Notes: generated by a model from the letters alone, not told the origin. DNA of 64,000 nucleotides from a virus (IMGVR_UViG_3300048065_001187:32001-96000), one strand, 5' to 3'. Counted from the first letter of the stretch, positions 1 through 10,016 are shown. Numbers and translations: made by a program.

Positions 1-411
1 GACAAATTTGTTTTCCTCAAGCACTTTCTAGGTAAATATTTAGATCTGAATCACACATATGGAGTACATTACAAAGGGGAAGATACGAAAAGTTTGATAA
101 CAACAGAAGCATATCAAGATATTGTAATTCCATATCTTCAAAATTTTGATGAAAAATTAATATTAATTAATACAAATAATATTGTTCCTCAATGGGATGG
201 AAATTACCTTAAAGTAAACCCGCTAGGCAGGCCTAAAAATATAAACGTAGTTAGCAATTATTCAAAAAAAACAGTTGGTAAATTCAGTAAATTAGTTAAT
301 TTATTAGAATGGGATTTTAATGAAGTTAAAAAATACACTGTAGATAATATGCATTTGACTTATGCAGGCTCTGAATTCATCTATAAAAAAGTAAGAGAAT
401 ACATAAATTGA
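1..411 (+). CDS. 5'-truncated hypothetical protein, possibly SGNH/GDSL-like
   Basis: Frame is open from position 1, upstream of the TTG used by the ORF track. C-terminal DNMHLT resembles the SGNH block V DxxH. Confidence 0.4.
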   Translation, partial: DKFVFLKHFLGKYLDLNHTYGVHYKGEDTKSLITTEAYQDIVIPYLQNFDEKLILINTNNIVPQWDGNYLKVNPLGRPKNINVVSNYSKKTVGKFSKLVNLLEWDFNEVKKYTVDNMHLTYAGSEFIYKKVREYIN

Positions 412-1037
412 TAGTATATATTCCAATTAAAAAAAACTCTCAGCGAGTTCCTCGCAAAAACTTTAGAAGCTTTCAAGGTAAACCTCTTTGGGAGAACACG
501 ATTGATAAGTTAAAGGATTTTGATGTATTTATAGATACAGACTCAGATTCAATTTTTAAAGAATGTGAGCATAAAGAATGGGTTACATGCTTCCACAGAA
601 GAAGGCATTTGGTAGGCGATAAAGTTTCGGTGGTAGATTTATTAAAAAATTTCGTAGATCAATTTTCAATTAACGAACCTATAAGCCAAATACATGTCAC
701 CTCTCCTTTCTTAAATCCTGATCATATAAAATTTGCGTTAGATAAAATTAACAACGAAGGTTATGACTCAGTCTTTTCGGCTGATGGTGTGCAAAATAGA
801 TTTTGGCGCAAAGAACCTTACGGCTATTGTCCAATTAATCATAATCCCATGAAGCTTGAACAGACCCAAGATCTTCCAGTATATTATATGGAAAACTCTT
901 ATTTGTATGCCTTTTTACCTAAAGTGCTTGAATACAATAATAGAATAGGCTATAATCCCTACATAATGGAAATAGGGTTTCCATATAATTTAGATATAGA
1001 TACAGAAGAAGACTGGAAACTAGTAAATATAATATAA
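408..1037 (+). CDS. Acylneuraminate (CMP-ulosonate) cytidylyltransferase family
   Basis: IPIKKNSQRVPRKN start motif, TSPF, TQDLP, DIDTEEDW, all typical of the NeuA/KdsB-like CTP transferases. Confidence 0.9.
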   Translation: MIVYIPIKKNSQRVPRKNFRSFQGKPLWENTIDKLKDFDVFIDTDSDSIFKECEHKEWVTCFHRRRHLVGDKVSVVDLLKNFVDQFSINEPISQIHVTSPFLNPDHIKFALDKINNEGYDSVFSADGVQNRFWRKEPYGYCPINHNPMKLEQTQDLPVYYMENSYLYAFLPKVLEYNNRIGYNPYIMEIGFPYNLDIDTEEDWKLVNII

Positions 1038-1038
1038 T

Positions 1039-1629
1039 ATGGCATCGCATACATTAATTAAAGAAATATCAAATTTGCAATCTTTATTAAAAGAGGGTTG
1101 TATTGTTGAGATAGGTAGCGCTAGAGAGTCGATTGAAACCAGCTCTACTAAATACTTTAATGACATATCAAAAAAATACGGTGTTAATTTTTATTCTATA
1201 GATTTTTCAGAATATTGTTACGGCTTAGCTAAATCCTTAATTGGCAATAAGGCCATTCTGGGTAAAGGTGAAGAAAAAATTCAAGAAATAAAAGAGCGAA
1301 TATCTGTTTTGTATCTGGACAACTTTGACACTATCAATAACCCAACTCATGAATCATCATTAAGAACCAGAATTAAAAAATTTGGAAATGCTTATGAAAA
1401 AAATAATGTCGATATAGAAAAGACTAATCTCTTGAGCCAGAAAACTCATTTAACCCAGGCTCAATCATCTTTACCAAAACTTTCCGCAAATGGGGTGGTA
1501 ATATTTGATGATACCCCTAGGTCAGGCGATGGTTTTAGTGGTAAAGGAGGGCTAGCTGTTCCATGGTTGGTTTCGCAAGGTTTTAAAATTTTACATACCC
1601 AAGGTAGTGGCGTTTTACTTCGTAGATAA
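1039..1629 (+). CDS. Class I SAM-dependent methyltransferase-like protein
   Basis: IVEIGS motif I, LYLD, GVVIFDD, GKG. Confidence 0.65.
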   Translation: MASHTLIKEISNLQSLLKEGCIVEIGSARESIETSSTKYFNDISKKYGVNFYSIDFSEYCYGLAKSLIGNKAILGKGEEKIQEIKERISVLYLDNFDTINNPTHESSLRTRIKKFGNAYEKNNVDIEKTNLLSQKTHLTQAQSSLPKLSANGVVIFDDTPRSGDGFSGKGGLAVPWLVSQGFKILHTQGSGVLLRR

Positions 1630-1631
1630 TC

Positions 1632-2378
1632 ATGAAATTATTCTGGCAACAAATTCCCTCCCCTGTAATAACTGAAATATTTTGCTCTTCTTCTTTTGAT
1701 GGAGTGGTGCTAGATTTAGAGCACGGGCATTTTAATAATGAAACTTTATACTCGTGCATACAGGTTGGCACACTATTAAACAAAAAAGTATTTGCACGTT
1801 TTTCTTATTTAGATAGGCAATGCATAAGGATGTGTCTAGATGCAGGTATTTCAGGAGTTATCTTATCGACGGTTGAAACTTTTGAACAAGCTAAAGAATT
1901 TTATGACTATTGTATCTATCCATTTAAAAATCAGGTAGAAAAGTTTGACCAAGATAATCGAGGCGTAATAAGAAAATCAATCGTAACAGAAACTGGCGGG
2001 AAAAGGGGTCAGGGTCTGGTGCGAGAAAATTTATGGGGAATGAAGCCTCTAGAATTAAGGCGCCCAATAATAATACCTCAAATAGAAACAATCAAGGGTG
2101 TTGAAAACATAGATCACATATCAAGCATAGATTTTGATTATTATCTTGTCGGTCCATATGATTTATCTGCCAGTTTGGGTTCAGTTGGTGATTTCAATAA
2201 TTCTGGCTTTAAAAACTGCCTTGAAAAATTAAAAAATACTACTAGAAAAAAAATAGGTTTTCATATACCATCTGATATCAAAAATAAATTTAAAGATTAC
2301 AAAGACTATCCATTCTTAGCTTTGGGCATGGATACAACCTTTATAGCCGAAAAAATAGAAGAAACTTTATCGTTGTGA
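1632..2378 (+). CDS. HpcH/HpaI aldolase family protein
   Basis: VLDLEHG, LDAG, QIET, VGPYDLSASLG motifs. Confidence 0.9.
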   Translation: MKLFWQQIPSPVITEIFCSSSFDGVVLDLEHGHFNNETLYSCIQVGTLLNKKVFARFSYLDRQCIRMCLDAGISGVILSTVETFEQAKEFYDYCIYPFKNQVEKFDQDNRGVIRKSIVTETGGKRGQGLVRENLWGMKPLELRRPIIIPQIETIKGVENIDHISSIDFDYYLVGPYDLSASLGSVGDFNNSGFKNCLEKLKNTTRKKIGFHIPSDIKNKFKDYKDYPFLALGMDTTFIAEKIEETLSL

Positions 2379-3406
2379 AAAAAATAATTATAACAGGAGT
2401 AACAGGTCAAGATGGCAGCCATATGGCTGACTACTTACTAAAAAATACTAATTTTAAAATCTATGGAGCAGTTCGCCGTCTTAGCGTTAAGAATCACGAG
2501 AATATCTTGCATTTAGAGAATGAACCACGACTTCAATTAATCAATATGGACCTAAATGATGCCCACAGCATGAGGGATGCCATCATTAATATTCAGCCTG
2601 ATTATTTTATTAATTTTGCCGCCCAGTCTTTTGTTGCGGGTAGCTGGGATTATCCAATTCAAACATGGGATACTGACGCAGATGCAGTTCTTCATATATT
2701 AGAATCAATCAGAAGATTTGCACCAGCTTGTCGTTTCTATAACGCAGGATCCTCCGAAGAATTTGGCGATGTTATTTATAGCCCCCAAAATGAAGAGCAT
2801 CCATTACGACCACAATCTCCTTATGGCGCAGCAAAGTGCGCGGCACGTCACATTGTTAGGGTTTACAGAGAATCTTATGGTTTGTTTGCGATTCAAGGCT
2901 GGCTATTTAATCACGAGGGCACAAGAAGAGGTCTCGATTTTGTTACAAGAAAAATCAGTAACGGTGTCGCAAAAATTAAGCATGCAATTGAAAGCGGTAA
3001 AGAAATCTCCATCCTGCAACTCGGCAATATTGATGCTCAACGAGACTGGACTGATGCAGAAGATTTCATGGAAGGAGTATGGATGATGATCAACAGAGAC
3101 AAGCCAAAAAACTATGTTCTCGCTAGCGGCAAGATGTATACCGTTCGTGAATTTTTGAATGAAAGTTTAAAATGTGCTGATATTAAATTTATAGCGAAAG
3201 GCTCCGCAGAAAACGAAGAATATTATACCGAAGACGGCAAACTAATCTTTAAGGTTAATCCAAAATTTTATAGGCCCGCTGAAGTTCATGAGCTTTGCGG
3301 AGATTGCTGCCTGGCGGAGCAGGAGATGGGCTGGACTCGTAAAACTGACTTCTACGGTTTGGTTAAAAAAATGTACGAGAATGATTACAAACTTCTCTCA
3401 AAGTGA
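2375..3406 (+). CDS. gmd: GDP-mannose 4,6-dehydratase
   Basis: ITGVTGQDGS, AAQSFV, SSEEFG, SPYGAAK, FVTRKI, RPAEV. Confidence 0.95.
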   Translation: MKKIIITGVTGQDGSHMADYLLKNTNFKIYGAVRRLSVKNHENILHLENEPRLQLINMDLNDAHSMRDAIINIQPDYFINFAAQSFVAGSWDYPIQTWDTDADAVLHILESIRRFAPACRFYNAGSSEEFGDVIYSPQNEEHPLRPQSPYGAAKCAARHIVRVYRESYGLFAIQGWLFNHEGTRRGLDFVTRKISNGVAKIKHAIESGKEISILQLGNIDAQRDWTDAEDFMEGVWMMINRDKPKNYVLASGKMYTVREFLNESLKCADIKFIAKGSAENEEYYTEDGKLIFKVNPKFYRPAEVHELCGDCCLAEQEMGWTRKTDFYGLVKKMYENDYKLLSK

Positions 3407-4347
3407 AAGAAAGTAAAGTCTTCGTAGCCGGCCATAGAGGAATGGTCGGTTCCGCAGTGTTAGATAATTTAAAATCAAAAGGTTACAAAAATATAGTAAC
3501 CAAGACCAGAGATGAATTAGATTTAACCAGCCAGCAAGATGTTGGTAAATTTTTCAAGAATGAAAAAATTGATTATGTTATTTTATGTGCAGCTAAAGTT
3601 GGTGGTATATTAGCCAACAATACATACCGAGGCGATTTCATATACGAAAACTTACAAATAGCCTCAAATATTATTAAATCATCGCAAGTTTATGGTATTT
3701 CAAAATTAATTAATCTTGGCTCTTCATGTATTTACCCAAGAGATGCAAGAATACCAATTCAAGAAAATTCATTATTTACAGGTATACTAGAAAAAACGAA
3801 TGAACCTTACGCTATCGCTAAAATAGCGGCACTGAAAATGTGCGAAGCATTTAATTCTCAGTATGGCAGTAACTTTTACTCTTTAATGCCTTGTAATTTG
3901 TATGGCCCGAGGGATAATTTTGACTTGCAAACATCTCACGTACTTCCTGCATTTATTAATAAAGTTCATGCTGCAAAAATTTCTAATCAAAAAGAGATAG
4001 AGGTGTGGGGTAGCGGAAAACCCCTCAGGGAATTTCTTTATGTCGAAGATTTGGCTAACGCGGTTACTTTTTGCCTCGAAAACATAGATGCCGGCGATAT
4101 TTACTCGAAAGGAATCTCTCATTTAAATTGCGGCTCAGAAGAAGAGGTTTCTGTATCTGAACTAATGTATTTGATTCAAGATATTATTGGTTATTCAGGC
4201 AGAATAGTTTTTGATAAATCGAAGCCTGACGGAACTTTTAGAAAAAAAATGGATAACTCAATTATTAAAAACCTTGGCTTTTCTAGTATAACAACACTTG
4301 AAAAAGGTATTGAGCAAACTTATAATTGGTATATAAATAATATTTAA
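3403..4347 (+). CDS. fcl: GDP-L-fucose synthase
   Basis: AGHRGMVGSA, AAKVGGILAN, LGSSCIYP, YAIAK, SHVLPA, KPDG; immediately follows gmd. Confidence 0.95.
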   Translation: MKESKVFVAGHRGMVGSAVLDNLKSKGYKNIVTKTRDELDLTSQQDVGKFFKNEKIDYVILCAAKVGGILANNTYRGDFIYENLQIASNIIKSSQVYGISKLINLGSSCIYPRDARIPIQENSLFTGILEKTNEPYAIAKIAALKMCEAFNSQYGSNFYSLMPCNLYGPRDNFDLQTSHVLPAFINKVHAAKISNQKEIEVWGSGKPLREFLYVEDLANAVTFCLENIDAGDIYSKGISHLNCGSEEEVSVSELMYLIQDIIGYSGRIVFDKSKPDGTFRKKMDNSIIKNLGFSSITTLEKGIEQTYNWYINNI

Positions 4348-4349
4348 TT

Positions 4350-4568
4350 ATGTCTGAAGAAGAAACTAATCAAAATACAGAAGAGAATCAAACAATAATC
4401 TCTATCGACGGTAACGATCATGTCCTTGAAGATATGAGTGATGAGCAAAAAACGATCATACAGCATATTGCCGACTTAGACAGTAAAGCAAAAAATGCAC
4501 AATTTACCCTTGATCAGTTTAATATTGCCAGAAAAGCATTCATGGATATGCTTAAAGAATCTCTTTAA
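4350..4568 (+). CDS. Small acidic coiled-coil hypothetical protein
   Basis: 72 aa ORF fits the operon spacing; ISIDG followed by a helical heptad segment. Confidence 0.7.
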   Translation: MSEEETNQNTEENQTIISIDGNDHVLEDMSDEQKTIIQHIADLDSKAKNAQFTLDQFNIARKAFMDMLKESL

Positions 4569-4581
4569 TTCCTTTTCTTGC

Positions 4582-4586
4582 GTGTA
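4582..4586 (+). promoter_or_regulatory. GTGTA promoter-like motif
   Basis: GTGTATAAA, 14 nt before ATG 4596; recurs at the same spacing before other genes. Confidence 0.65.
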
Positions 4587-4595
4587 TAAACTTAC

Positions 4596-5507
4596 ATGCA
4601 TAAAATAAAATCCTTAGTTACTGGTGGGGCTGGCTTTATTGGTAGTCATCTTATTGAACGCTTGCTAAAAGCAGGGCATGAAGTCGTAGTAGTTGACGAT
4701 GAGTCTTCTACTGCTAATTCAAATTTTAACTGGAGAGAAGATACGGAAAATCATAAAGTTGACATTTGTGATTTTGATAAGCTTGAACCTTTATTTAAAG
4801 GAGTTGATTTCGTTTTTCATTTAGCTGCTCGATCTCGCATACAAATTTGTGTGCAAGATCCATCTGATGCAGTAAAAAACAACTCTCTTGGGACAGTTAA
4901 TGTTCTGCAATCCGCAAGACTGAACAACTGCAAGCGAGTAATGTTTGCCGGAACTTCTTCTTGCTACGGTTTAGCTAATCCGATTCCACTACAAGAGGAT
5001 ATGCCAAATGATTGCCTTAATCCTTATTCTGTAAGCAAAGCAAATTGTGAAGAATTATGCAAAATGTACACAAAGCTTTTTGGGCTAGAAACTGTACTAT
5101 TTAGATTTTTTAATGTTTACGGTGAGCGTCAACCTTTAGCTGGCGACTATGCTCCTGTTATTGGCCTATTCTTCAGGCAAAAAGAAGCAGGTCAACCAAT
5201 GACGGTTGTAGGTGATGGGCTTCAAACTAGAGATTATACATATGTAAAAGATATTGTTGAAGCTATGTACTTGGCTGGAGAGTCACAAAATAAAGAAATT
5301 ATCGGTGAAATGTTTAATCTTGGCACCGGAAGAAATCACTCTGTCCTTGACATCGTTGATTTAGTCGGGGGCAAACATTCTTTTATTGATGCCAGACCAG
5401 GAGAATCCAGAGAGACTTTGGCCGACAACACGAAAGCCAGAACTCTACTTGGATGGAACCCCGCCCAAAGATTTGAAGATTGGGTAAAAGCGAATCGACC
5501 ACAATGA
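4596..5507 (+). CDS. NAD-dependent nucleotide-sugar epimerase/dehydratase (extended SDR)
   Basis: VTGGAGFIGSH, HLAA, YSVSK, RFFNVYG, GDGLQTRDYTYV. Confidence 0.9.
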   Translation: MHKIKSLVTGGAGFIGSHLIERLLKAGHEVVVVDDESSTANSNFNWREDTENHKVDICDFDKLEPLFKGVDFVFHLAARSRIQICVQDPSDAVKNNSLGTVNVLQSARLNNCKRVMFAGTSSCYGLANPIPLQEDMPNDCLNPYSVSKANCEELCKMYTKLFGLETVLFRFFNVYGERQPLAGDYAPVIGLFFRQKEAGQPMTVVGDGLQTRDYTYVKDIVEAMYLAGESQNKEIIGEMFNLGTGRNHSVLDIVDLVGGKHSFIDARPGESRETLADNTKARTLLGWNPAQRFEDWVKANRPQ

Positions 5508-6334
5508 AAATTGGAGTAATTGGCAATGGGTTTGTTGGTTCTGCAGTTGCCAGCGGTTTCGGTAAATACGATGTAAAAGTTTTCGACAAGAATCCTGATA
5601 TATCGCAGAATTCATTAGAAGAAGTTTTAACTCAAGATTTTGTTTTTATTAGTGTACCAACCCCCATGAAAGATGCCATGGGAGCTGATTGCAATCTATC
5701 AATTATAGAGTCTTGTTTTGATGAAATTGACTCTATTGGTTCAAATGCTATATTTATTATAAAATCTACAGTACCAATCGGCACAACTAAAAACCTACAG
5801 AGTAAACATCGTAATCTTAATATTGTTCATTCTCCCGAGTTCCTGACTGCCAAATTTGCCAAAGAAGATTTTTTAAATGCCGATAGGCATGTGGTAGGGT
5901 ATACTAGAAAGAAAAGTGTTGGTGAAAAAGCTATTAAATTATTCAACAATGCATTCCCGAACATACAAACTATATTAATGAAGAGCGATGAATCTGAATC
6001 CGTTAAGTATATAGCCAATTGCTTCTTTGCAACTAAGGTTAGTTTTTTTAACGAAATCCATGGTTTGATTAATAAGCTTGGGTTAGACTGGCACTCAATT
6101 ATTAATGGCGTAATGAGTGATAAGCGAATCGGGCAATCTCACTTTCAAGTGCCAGGCCATGATGGAGATAAAGGTTTCGGCGGCACATGCTTCCCCAAAG
6201 ATATTAATGCTCTAATAAAAACTTTCGAAAAAAATGGATTAGATCCAAAATTATTAAAATCTGCTTGGGAAGTAAACCTTGATGTAAGGAGCGATTTAGA
6301 TTGGGCTAGGTCAGAATCTGCAGTTAAAGAATAG
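5504..6334 (+). CDS. UDP-glucose/GDP-mannose dehydrogenase family, short form
   Basis: GNGFVG, SVPTP, IKSTVP, SPEFL, GFGGTCFPKD. Start moved to ATG 5504 (ATGA overlap). Confidence 0.85.
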   Translation: MKIGVIGNGFVGSAVASGFGKYDVKVFDKNPDISQNSLEEVLTQDFVFISVPTPMKDAMGADCNLSIIESCFDEIDSIGSNAIFIIKSTVPIGTTKNLQSKHRNLNIVHSPEFLTAKFAKEDFLNADRHVVGYTRKKSVGEKAIKLFNNAFPNIQTILMKSDESESVKYIANCFFATKVSFFNEIHGLINKLGLDWHSIINGVMSDKRIGQSHFQVPGHDGDKGFGGTCFPKDINALIKTFEKNGLDPKLLKSAWEVNLDVRSDLDWARSESAVKE

Positions 6335-6361
6335 ATTGTTAATAAGTTAGCGAGATTGGTC

Positions 6362-6390
6362 TTGCATTACACGAATTTCTATGGTAACAT
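6362..6390 (+). promoter_or_regulatory. sigma70-type promoter upstream of nrdA
   Basis: TTGCAT-N17-TAACAT with extended -10 TG, in the 6335-6453 intergenic gap. Confidence 0.6.
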
Positions 6391-6438
6391 AGGAAAATAT
6401 ATCAAATTATTGTTTTTATTGAAATACAAAATACCCCT

Positions 6439-6443
6439 GTGTA
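6439..6443 (+). promoter_or_regulatory. GTGTA promoter-like motif
   Basis: GTGTAAAAT, 15 nt before nrdA ATG 6454. Confidence 0.6.
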
Positions 6444-6453
6444 AAATACCTTC

Positions 6454-8904
6454 ATGGATATAAAAGTTAAGAAGAGAAATGGCCGCCTAGAAAGCTTTGA
6501 AGTAGACAAAATTAATGCAAGTGCACAAAGAGCTTGTGAAGAAATAGAAGATGTTTCTGCGAGCGAAATAGTCTTAGATGCACAACTTCAATTATTTGAT
6601 AAAATAACTACCAAAGAAATAGATCAAGCACTGATATTATCTGCTCGTGAAAAGATAGAAAAAGAACCCAATTATTCTTACGCTGCTGCACAGCTTTTAT
6701 TAAATTGTTTGTACAAAGAAGTATTTAAAGAAGGCGTAGATTCCGATGCGTTTAGACTTCAGTATAGAAAAAGCTTTATACAAAATATAAAAAAATTAGT
6801 AAAAGAACACAGGTTAGATAAAAGACTACTTGACTTTGATTTAAATAAATTATCTAATGCATTAAAAATTAGAAGAGATAAAGACTTTAAATACTTAGGT
6901 ATACAAATTCTTTTTGATAGGTATTTCATTAAGCAAGATAGTAAAATAATGGAAACACCTCAAGCCTTTTGGATGCGTGTGGCAATGGGATTAGCTATAA
7001 ACGAAAAAGATAAAGATGAAAAGGCTATAGAATTTTACGATCTATTTAGCCAATTTTTATATACCCCATCGACCCCAACCCTTTTCAACAGTGGAACTAC
7101 TCACTCGCAGCTTAGTTCTTGCTACCTTAATACTTTTGATGATAGTATTGACGGCATCTTTGACGGTGCTTGGCAAGAAGCTCGTAAATCAAAGTACGCC
7201 GGTGGCCTTGGCCTTGATGTTACCCCTTTTCGGTCTACAGGTTCTCATATTCAGGGAACTAACGGCATTTCTAGCGGCTTGGTCCCTTGGCTTAAAATAT
7301 ACAACGATCTTTTGGTCGCAGTAAATCAAGGTGGTAAGCGTCCAGGAGCTGGATGCGCTTATCTTGAGCCATGGCATTTAGATTTCGAAGATTTCTTAAA
7401 TCTAAGAAGAAATACAGGAGATGATAGACTTCGTTGCCATGACATGAACACAGCATCTTGGGTTCCAGACGAATTTATGCGTAGGGTTCAAAATGAAGAC
7501 GCCTGGTATTTCTTTGATCCAAGAGATACTGAAGATGAAAACGGAAAAACCCTTCACGATCTTTTCGGAGAGGATTTTGATAATCGATACGACGAGTTAT
7601 GTAAAGCAGCAGACGCAGGTTCAATTAAAAATTATCGAATAATTCCCGCAAAAGAATTGTGGAAAAAAATGCTGAAAGTTTTATTCGAAACATCCCATCC
7701 TTGGAATACATTTAAAGATCCTTGTAATATACGTTATACAAATCAACATGAAGGAGCAGTTCACAGCTCTAATCTTTGCACAGAAATCACACTACATACC
7801 AAATCTTCTAAATATAAAGCAGGCGAAAAAGTAGAAATTGGAGAAACTGCGGTTTGTAATTTAGGCTCAGTTAATTTAAAAAATCATTTAATAGAGAAGA
7901 CTACTCACGGAAAATCTAATTATGCAATTGACTACAAAAAGTTAGAGTCAACAATTCATACGGCAATTAGAATACTTGACAATGTCATTGATATTAATTT
8001 TTACCCGACTAAGGAAGCGGAAAAATCCAATATTCAACATAGACCAATAGGCTTAGGCATGATGGGCTTGCACGACATTCTACATATGCTTGAGATTCAA
8101 ATTGACAGCAATGAAGCAATAGAATTTAACGATAAGCTTTTTGAGTTTTATTCGTGTCATGCAATATATGCAAGCTCCCTCATTGCCAAAGAAAAAGGAT
8201 CCTATAATACCTACGAAGGATCTTTATGGAGCAAGAGTATTTTACCTATCGATTCTTACAAAAACTTAATGTCTTACAGAGGTAAAAAAGAAGGGCTAAA
8301 AGGCGAAACCTTAGATACTTGGCAAAAAGTGCGTGAGCAAATTAAAGAATCGGGCATGAGAAACTCTAATGTTATGGCTATTGCTCCTACCGCAACTATT
8401 GGTTACATTAATGGAATAGAACAAAGCATAGAGCCAAACTTCTCAGTTCTTTTTGTCTACGAGAATAAAAGCGGTAATTTCTATATCACTAACGAACATT
8501 TTGTTAAAGATATGAAAAATAAAGGTCTCTGGTCGTCCGAAATATCTGCTATGGTGAAAAGTGTTGACGGCGATTTATCACTATTAAATGGATCTATACC
8601 AGAAGAATTGAAACAAAAGTACAAGACAGCATTCGATAGAGATATGTTTAAACTAATCGAATGTAATGCGGTGCGTCAAAAATGGATCGACCAAGCAGTA
8701 AGCTTTAATCTTTATAATAAGACAACATCCTTAAAATATTTAAATGATGTTTACATAGCTTGCTGGGAAGCAGGTTTAAAAACTACATATTACCTAAGAA
8801 ATAGAGCTGCCAGTAAAGTAGAGAAGTCAACAACAGAAGAAGCACCATCTGCATGCAGTATCGAGGCGATGAAAAATGGAGAAACTTGCGAAAGCTGCCA
8901 ATAA
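6454..8904 (+). CDS. nrdA: Class I ribonucleoside-diphosphate reductase alpha subunit with ATP cone
   Basis: VKKRNG ATP cone, TPTLFNSG, QLSSC, SNLCTEI, AIAPTAT, LKTTYY, C-terminal CxxC. Confidence 0.97.
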   Translation: MDIKVKKRNGRLESFEVDKINASAQRACEEIEDVSASEIVLDAQLQLFDKITTKEIDQALILSAREKIEKEPNYSYAAAQLLLNCLYKEVFKEGVDSDAFRLQYRKSFIQNIKKLVKEHRLDKRLLDFDLNKLSNALKIRRDKDFKYLGIQILFDRYFIKQDSKIMETPQAFWMRVAMGLAINEKDKDEKAIEFYDLFSQFLYTPSTPTLFNSGTTHSQLSSCYLNTFDDSIDGIFDGAWQEARKSKYAGGLGLDVTPFRSTGSHIQGTNGISSGLVPWLKIYNDLLVAVNQGGKRPGAGCAYLEPWHLDFEDFLNLRRNTGDDRLRCHDMNTASWVPDEFMRRVQNEDAWYFFDPRDTEDENGKTLHDLFGEDFDNRYDELCKAADAGSIKNYRIIPAKELWKKMLKVLFETSHPWNTFKDPCNIRYTNQHEGAVHSSNLCTEITLHTKSSKYKAGEKVEIGETAVCNLGSVNLKNHLIEKTTHGKSNYAIDYKKLESTIHTAIRILDNVIDINFYPTKEAEKSNIQHRPIGLGMMGLHDILHMLEIQIDSNEAIEFNDKLFEFYSCHAIYASSLIAKEKGSYNTYEGSLWSKSILPIDSYKNLMSYRGKKEGLKGETLDTWQKVREQIKESGMRNSNVMAIAPTATIGYINGIEQSIEPNFSVLFVYENKSGNFYITNEHFVKDMKNKGLWSSEISAMVKSVDGDLSLLNGSIPEELKQKYKTAFDRDMFKLIECNAVRQKWIDQAVSFNLYNKTTSLKYLNDVYIACWEAGLKTTYYLRNRAASKVEKSTTEEAPSACSIEAMKNGETCESCQ

Positions 8905-9304
8905 ACAAGCTGCTGGCGTAGCCGTAGTTCATGGTTCATCTATTTTATTGGCTAAAAGAATAGAGGTTTGCCCTTTTTCAAAAAAACCCATTACATTTGG
9001 CGGGTATTGGTCTATTTTTTCAGGGGCGATGGACGAAAACGAGTCACCTCCTGTATGTGCTTGTAGAGAGTTAAAAGAAGAAACACAAATTGATATTGGT
9101 GTATCTGAGATTGAATTTATTTGTTCATATAAAAATCCCCATAGTTTACTACATTTATATTGCCACAGATCTGATGAGCTACTTGCTCCTAAATTAAACT
9201 TCGAGCACACTCAATTTGGATGGTTTGATTTAAATACACTAGATTCATTAACTGAAAAAATAGACCTTGACTTAATGAAGGTCATTTCTAATTTTGTTTA
9301 CTAA
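8876..9304 (+). CDS. Nudix hydrolase
   Basis: Nudix box G-AMDEN-E-SPPVCAC-RELKEETQI. Confidence 0.85.
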   Translation: MEKLAKAANKQAAGVAVVHGSSILLAKRIEVCPFSKKPITFGGYWSIFSGAMDENESPPVCACRELKEETQIDIGVSEIEFICSYKNPHSLLHLYCHRSDELLAPKLNFEHTQFGWFDLNTLDSLTEKIDLDLMKVISNFVY

Positions 9305-9314
9305 ATATTTTTTT

Positions 9315-9386
9315 GTGTAATAGTATTACATGGGAGAAATATTAAATTTTATTTGGCGTTCGCTAAGTTTCTGCATTTTTAGTGTA
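9315..9386 (+). promoter_or_regulatory. Two GTGTA motifs (9315 and 9382)
   Basis: 15 nt before ATG 9330 and 14 nt before in-frame GTG 9396. Confidence 0.55.
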
Positions 9387-9710
9387 AAAAAATGTGTGAA
9401 CCTTATAATAGAAGCATCTCTCTCAGAGCCGCCAAGTGAAATATCTTGCTTCAGAGATGTTACTTTGTATGGTAAAAGTTTTGTATTTGAAGATGTAGTG
9501 CTTTCTTGTGAACAAGGTACTCGCTCAATATACTGGAATTGGTTAAAATCTCATGGAGCTCATGACTTCGTATCTTATCTTGCACTTGAAACTGAATCTA
9601 TTGATGGAGTTTTAATGCACAGCGAAAAAGGTGACTTTACAATTGATAGAATTACCTCTTTTAATTTGAATAAAATAATAAGTTACCTCCAATCTTTTCG
9701 TCGATTATGA
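9330..9710 (+). CDS. Hypothetical protein (alternative start GTG 9396)
   Basis: ORF fills the gap and overlaps the next gene by ATGA; no recognised motif. Confidence 0.6.
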   Translation: MGEILNFIWRSLSFCIFSVKKCVNLIIEASLSEPPSEISCFRDVTLYGKSFVFEDVVLSCEQGTRSIYWNWLKSHGAHDFVSYLALETESIDGVLMHSEKGDFTIDRITSFNLNKIISYLQSFRRL

Positions 9711-9979
9711 AAATTACATCTTTATTTGTTTGCCTCATGTGCCTATTCGTAGGGAATTGCTCAGTAAGAAGTACCAACCAATCTTCTTATCACTCACCTT
9801 ATGTAGCTGCGAGTTCACCAGTTACAACAAAAACATCAACGCCTCAATCTAGTATACAAATTAACACTGAATCCCCAATTCAAGCTATTACCCTTATTAT
9901 TGGTGGTATTTTTGTCTTCTGCCTTGTCAATGGAGCTACTATATACTTGTATTCTAGGTATAAAAAAAATAAAAACTGA
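9707..9979 (+). CDS. Small membrane protein (signal-like N-terminus, Ser/Thr-rich linker, C-terminal TM helix)
   Basis: Hydrophobic N-terminus ending VGNC, S/T/P linker, hydrophobic segment followed by KKNKN. Confidence 0.6.
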   Translation: MKITSLFVCLMCLFVGNCSVRSTNQSSYHSPYVAASSPVTTKTSTPQSSIQINTESPIQAITLIIGGIFVFCLVNGATIYLYSRYKKNKN

Positions 9980-9981
9980 TC

Positions 9982-10010
9982 TTGACTTTAGGTTTATTTC
10001 GTAGTATTAT
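9982..10010 (+). promoter_or_regulatory. sigma70-type promoter, leaderless geometry, for nrdB
   Basis: TTGACT-N17-TATTAT, then 6 nt to ATG 10017. Confidence 0.75.
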
Positions 10011-10016
10011 ATTACT

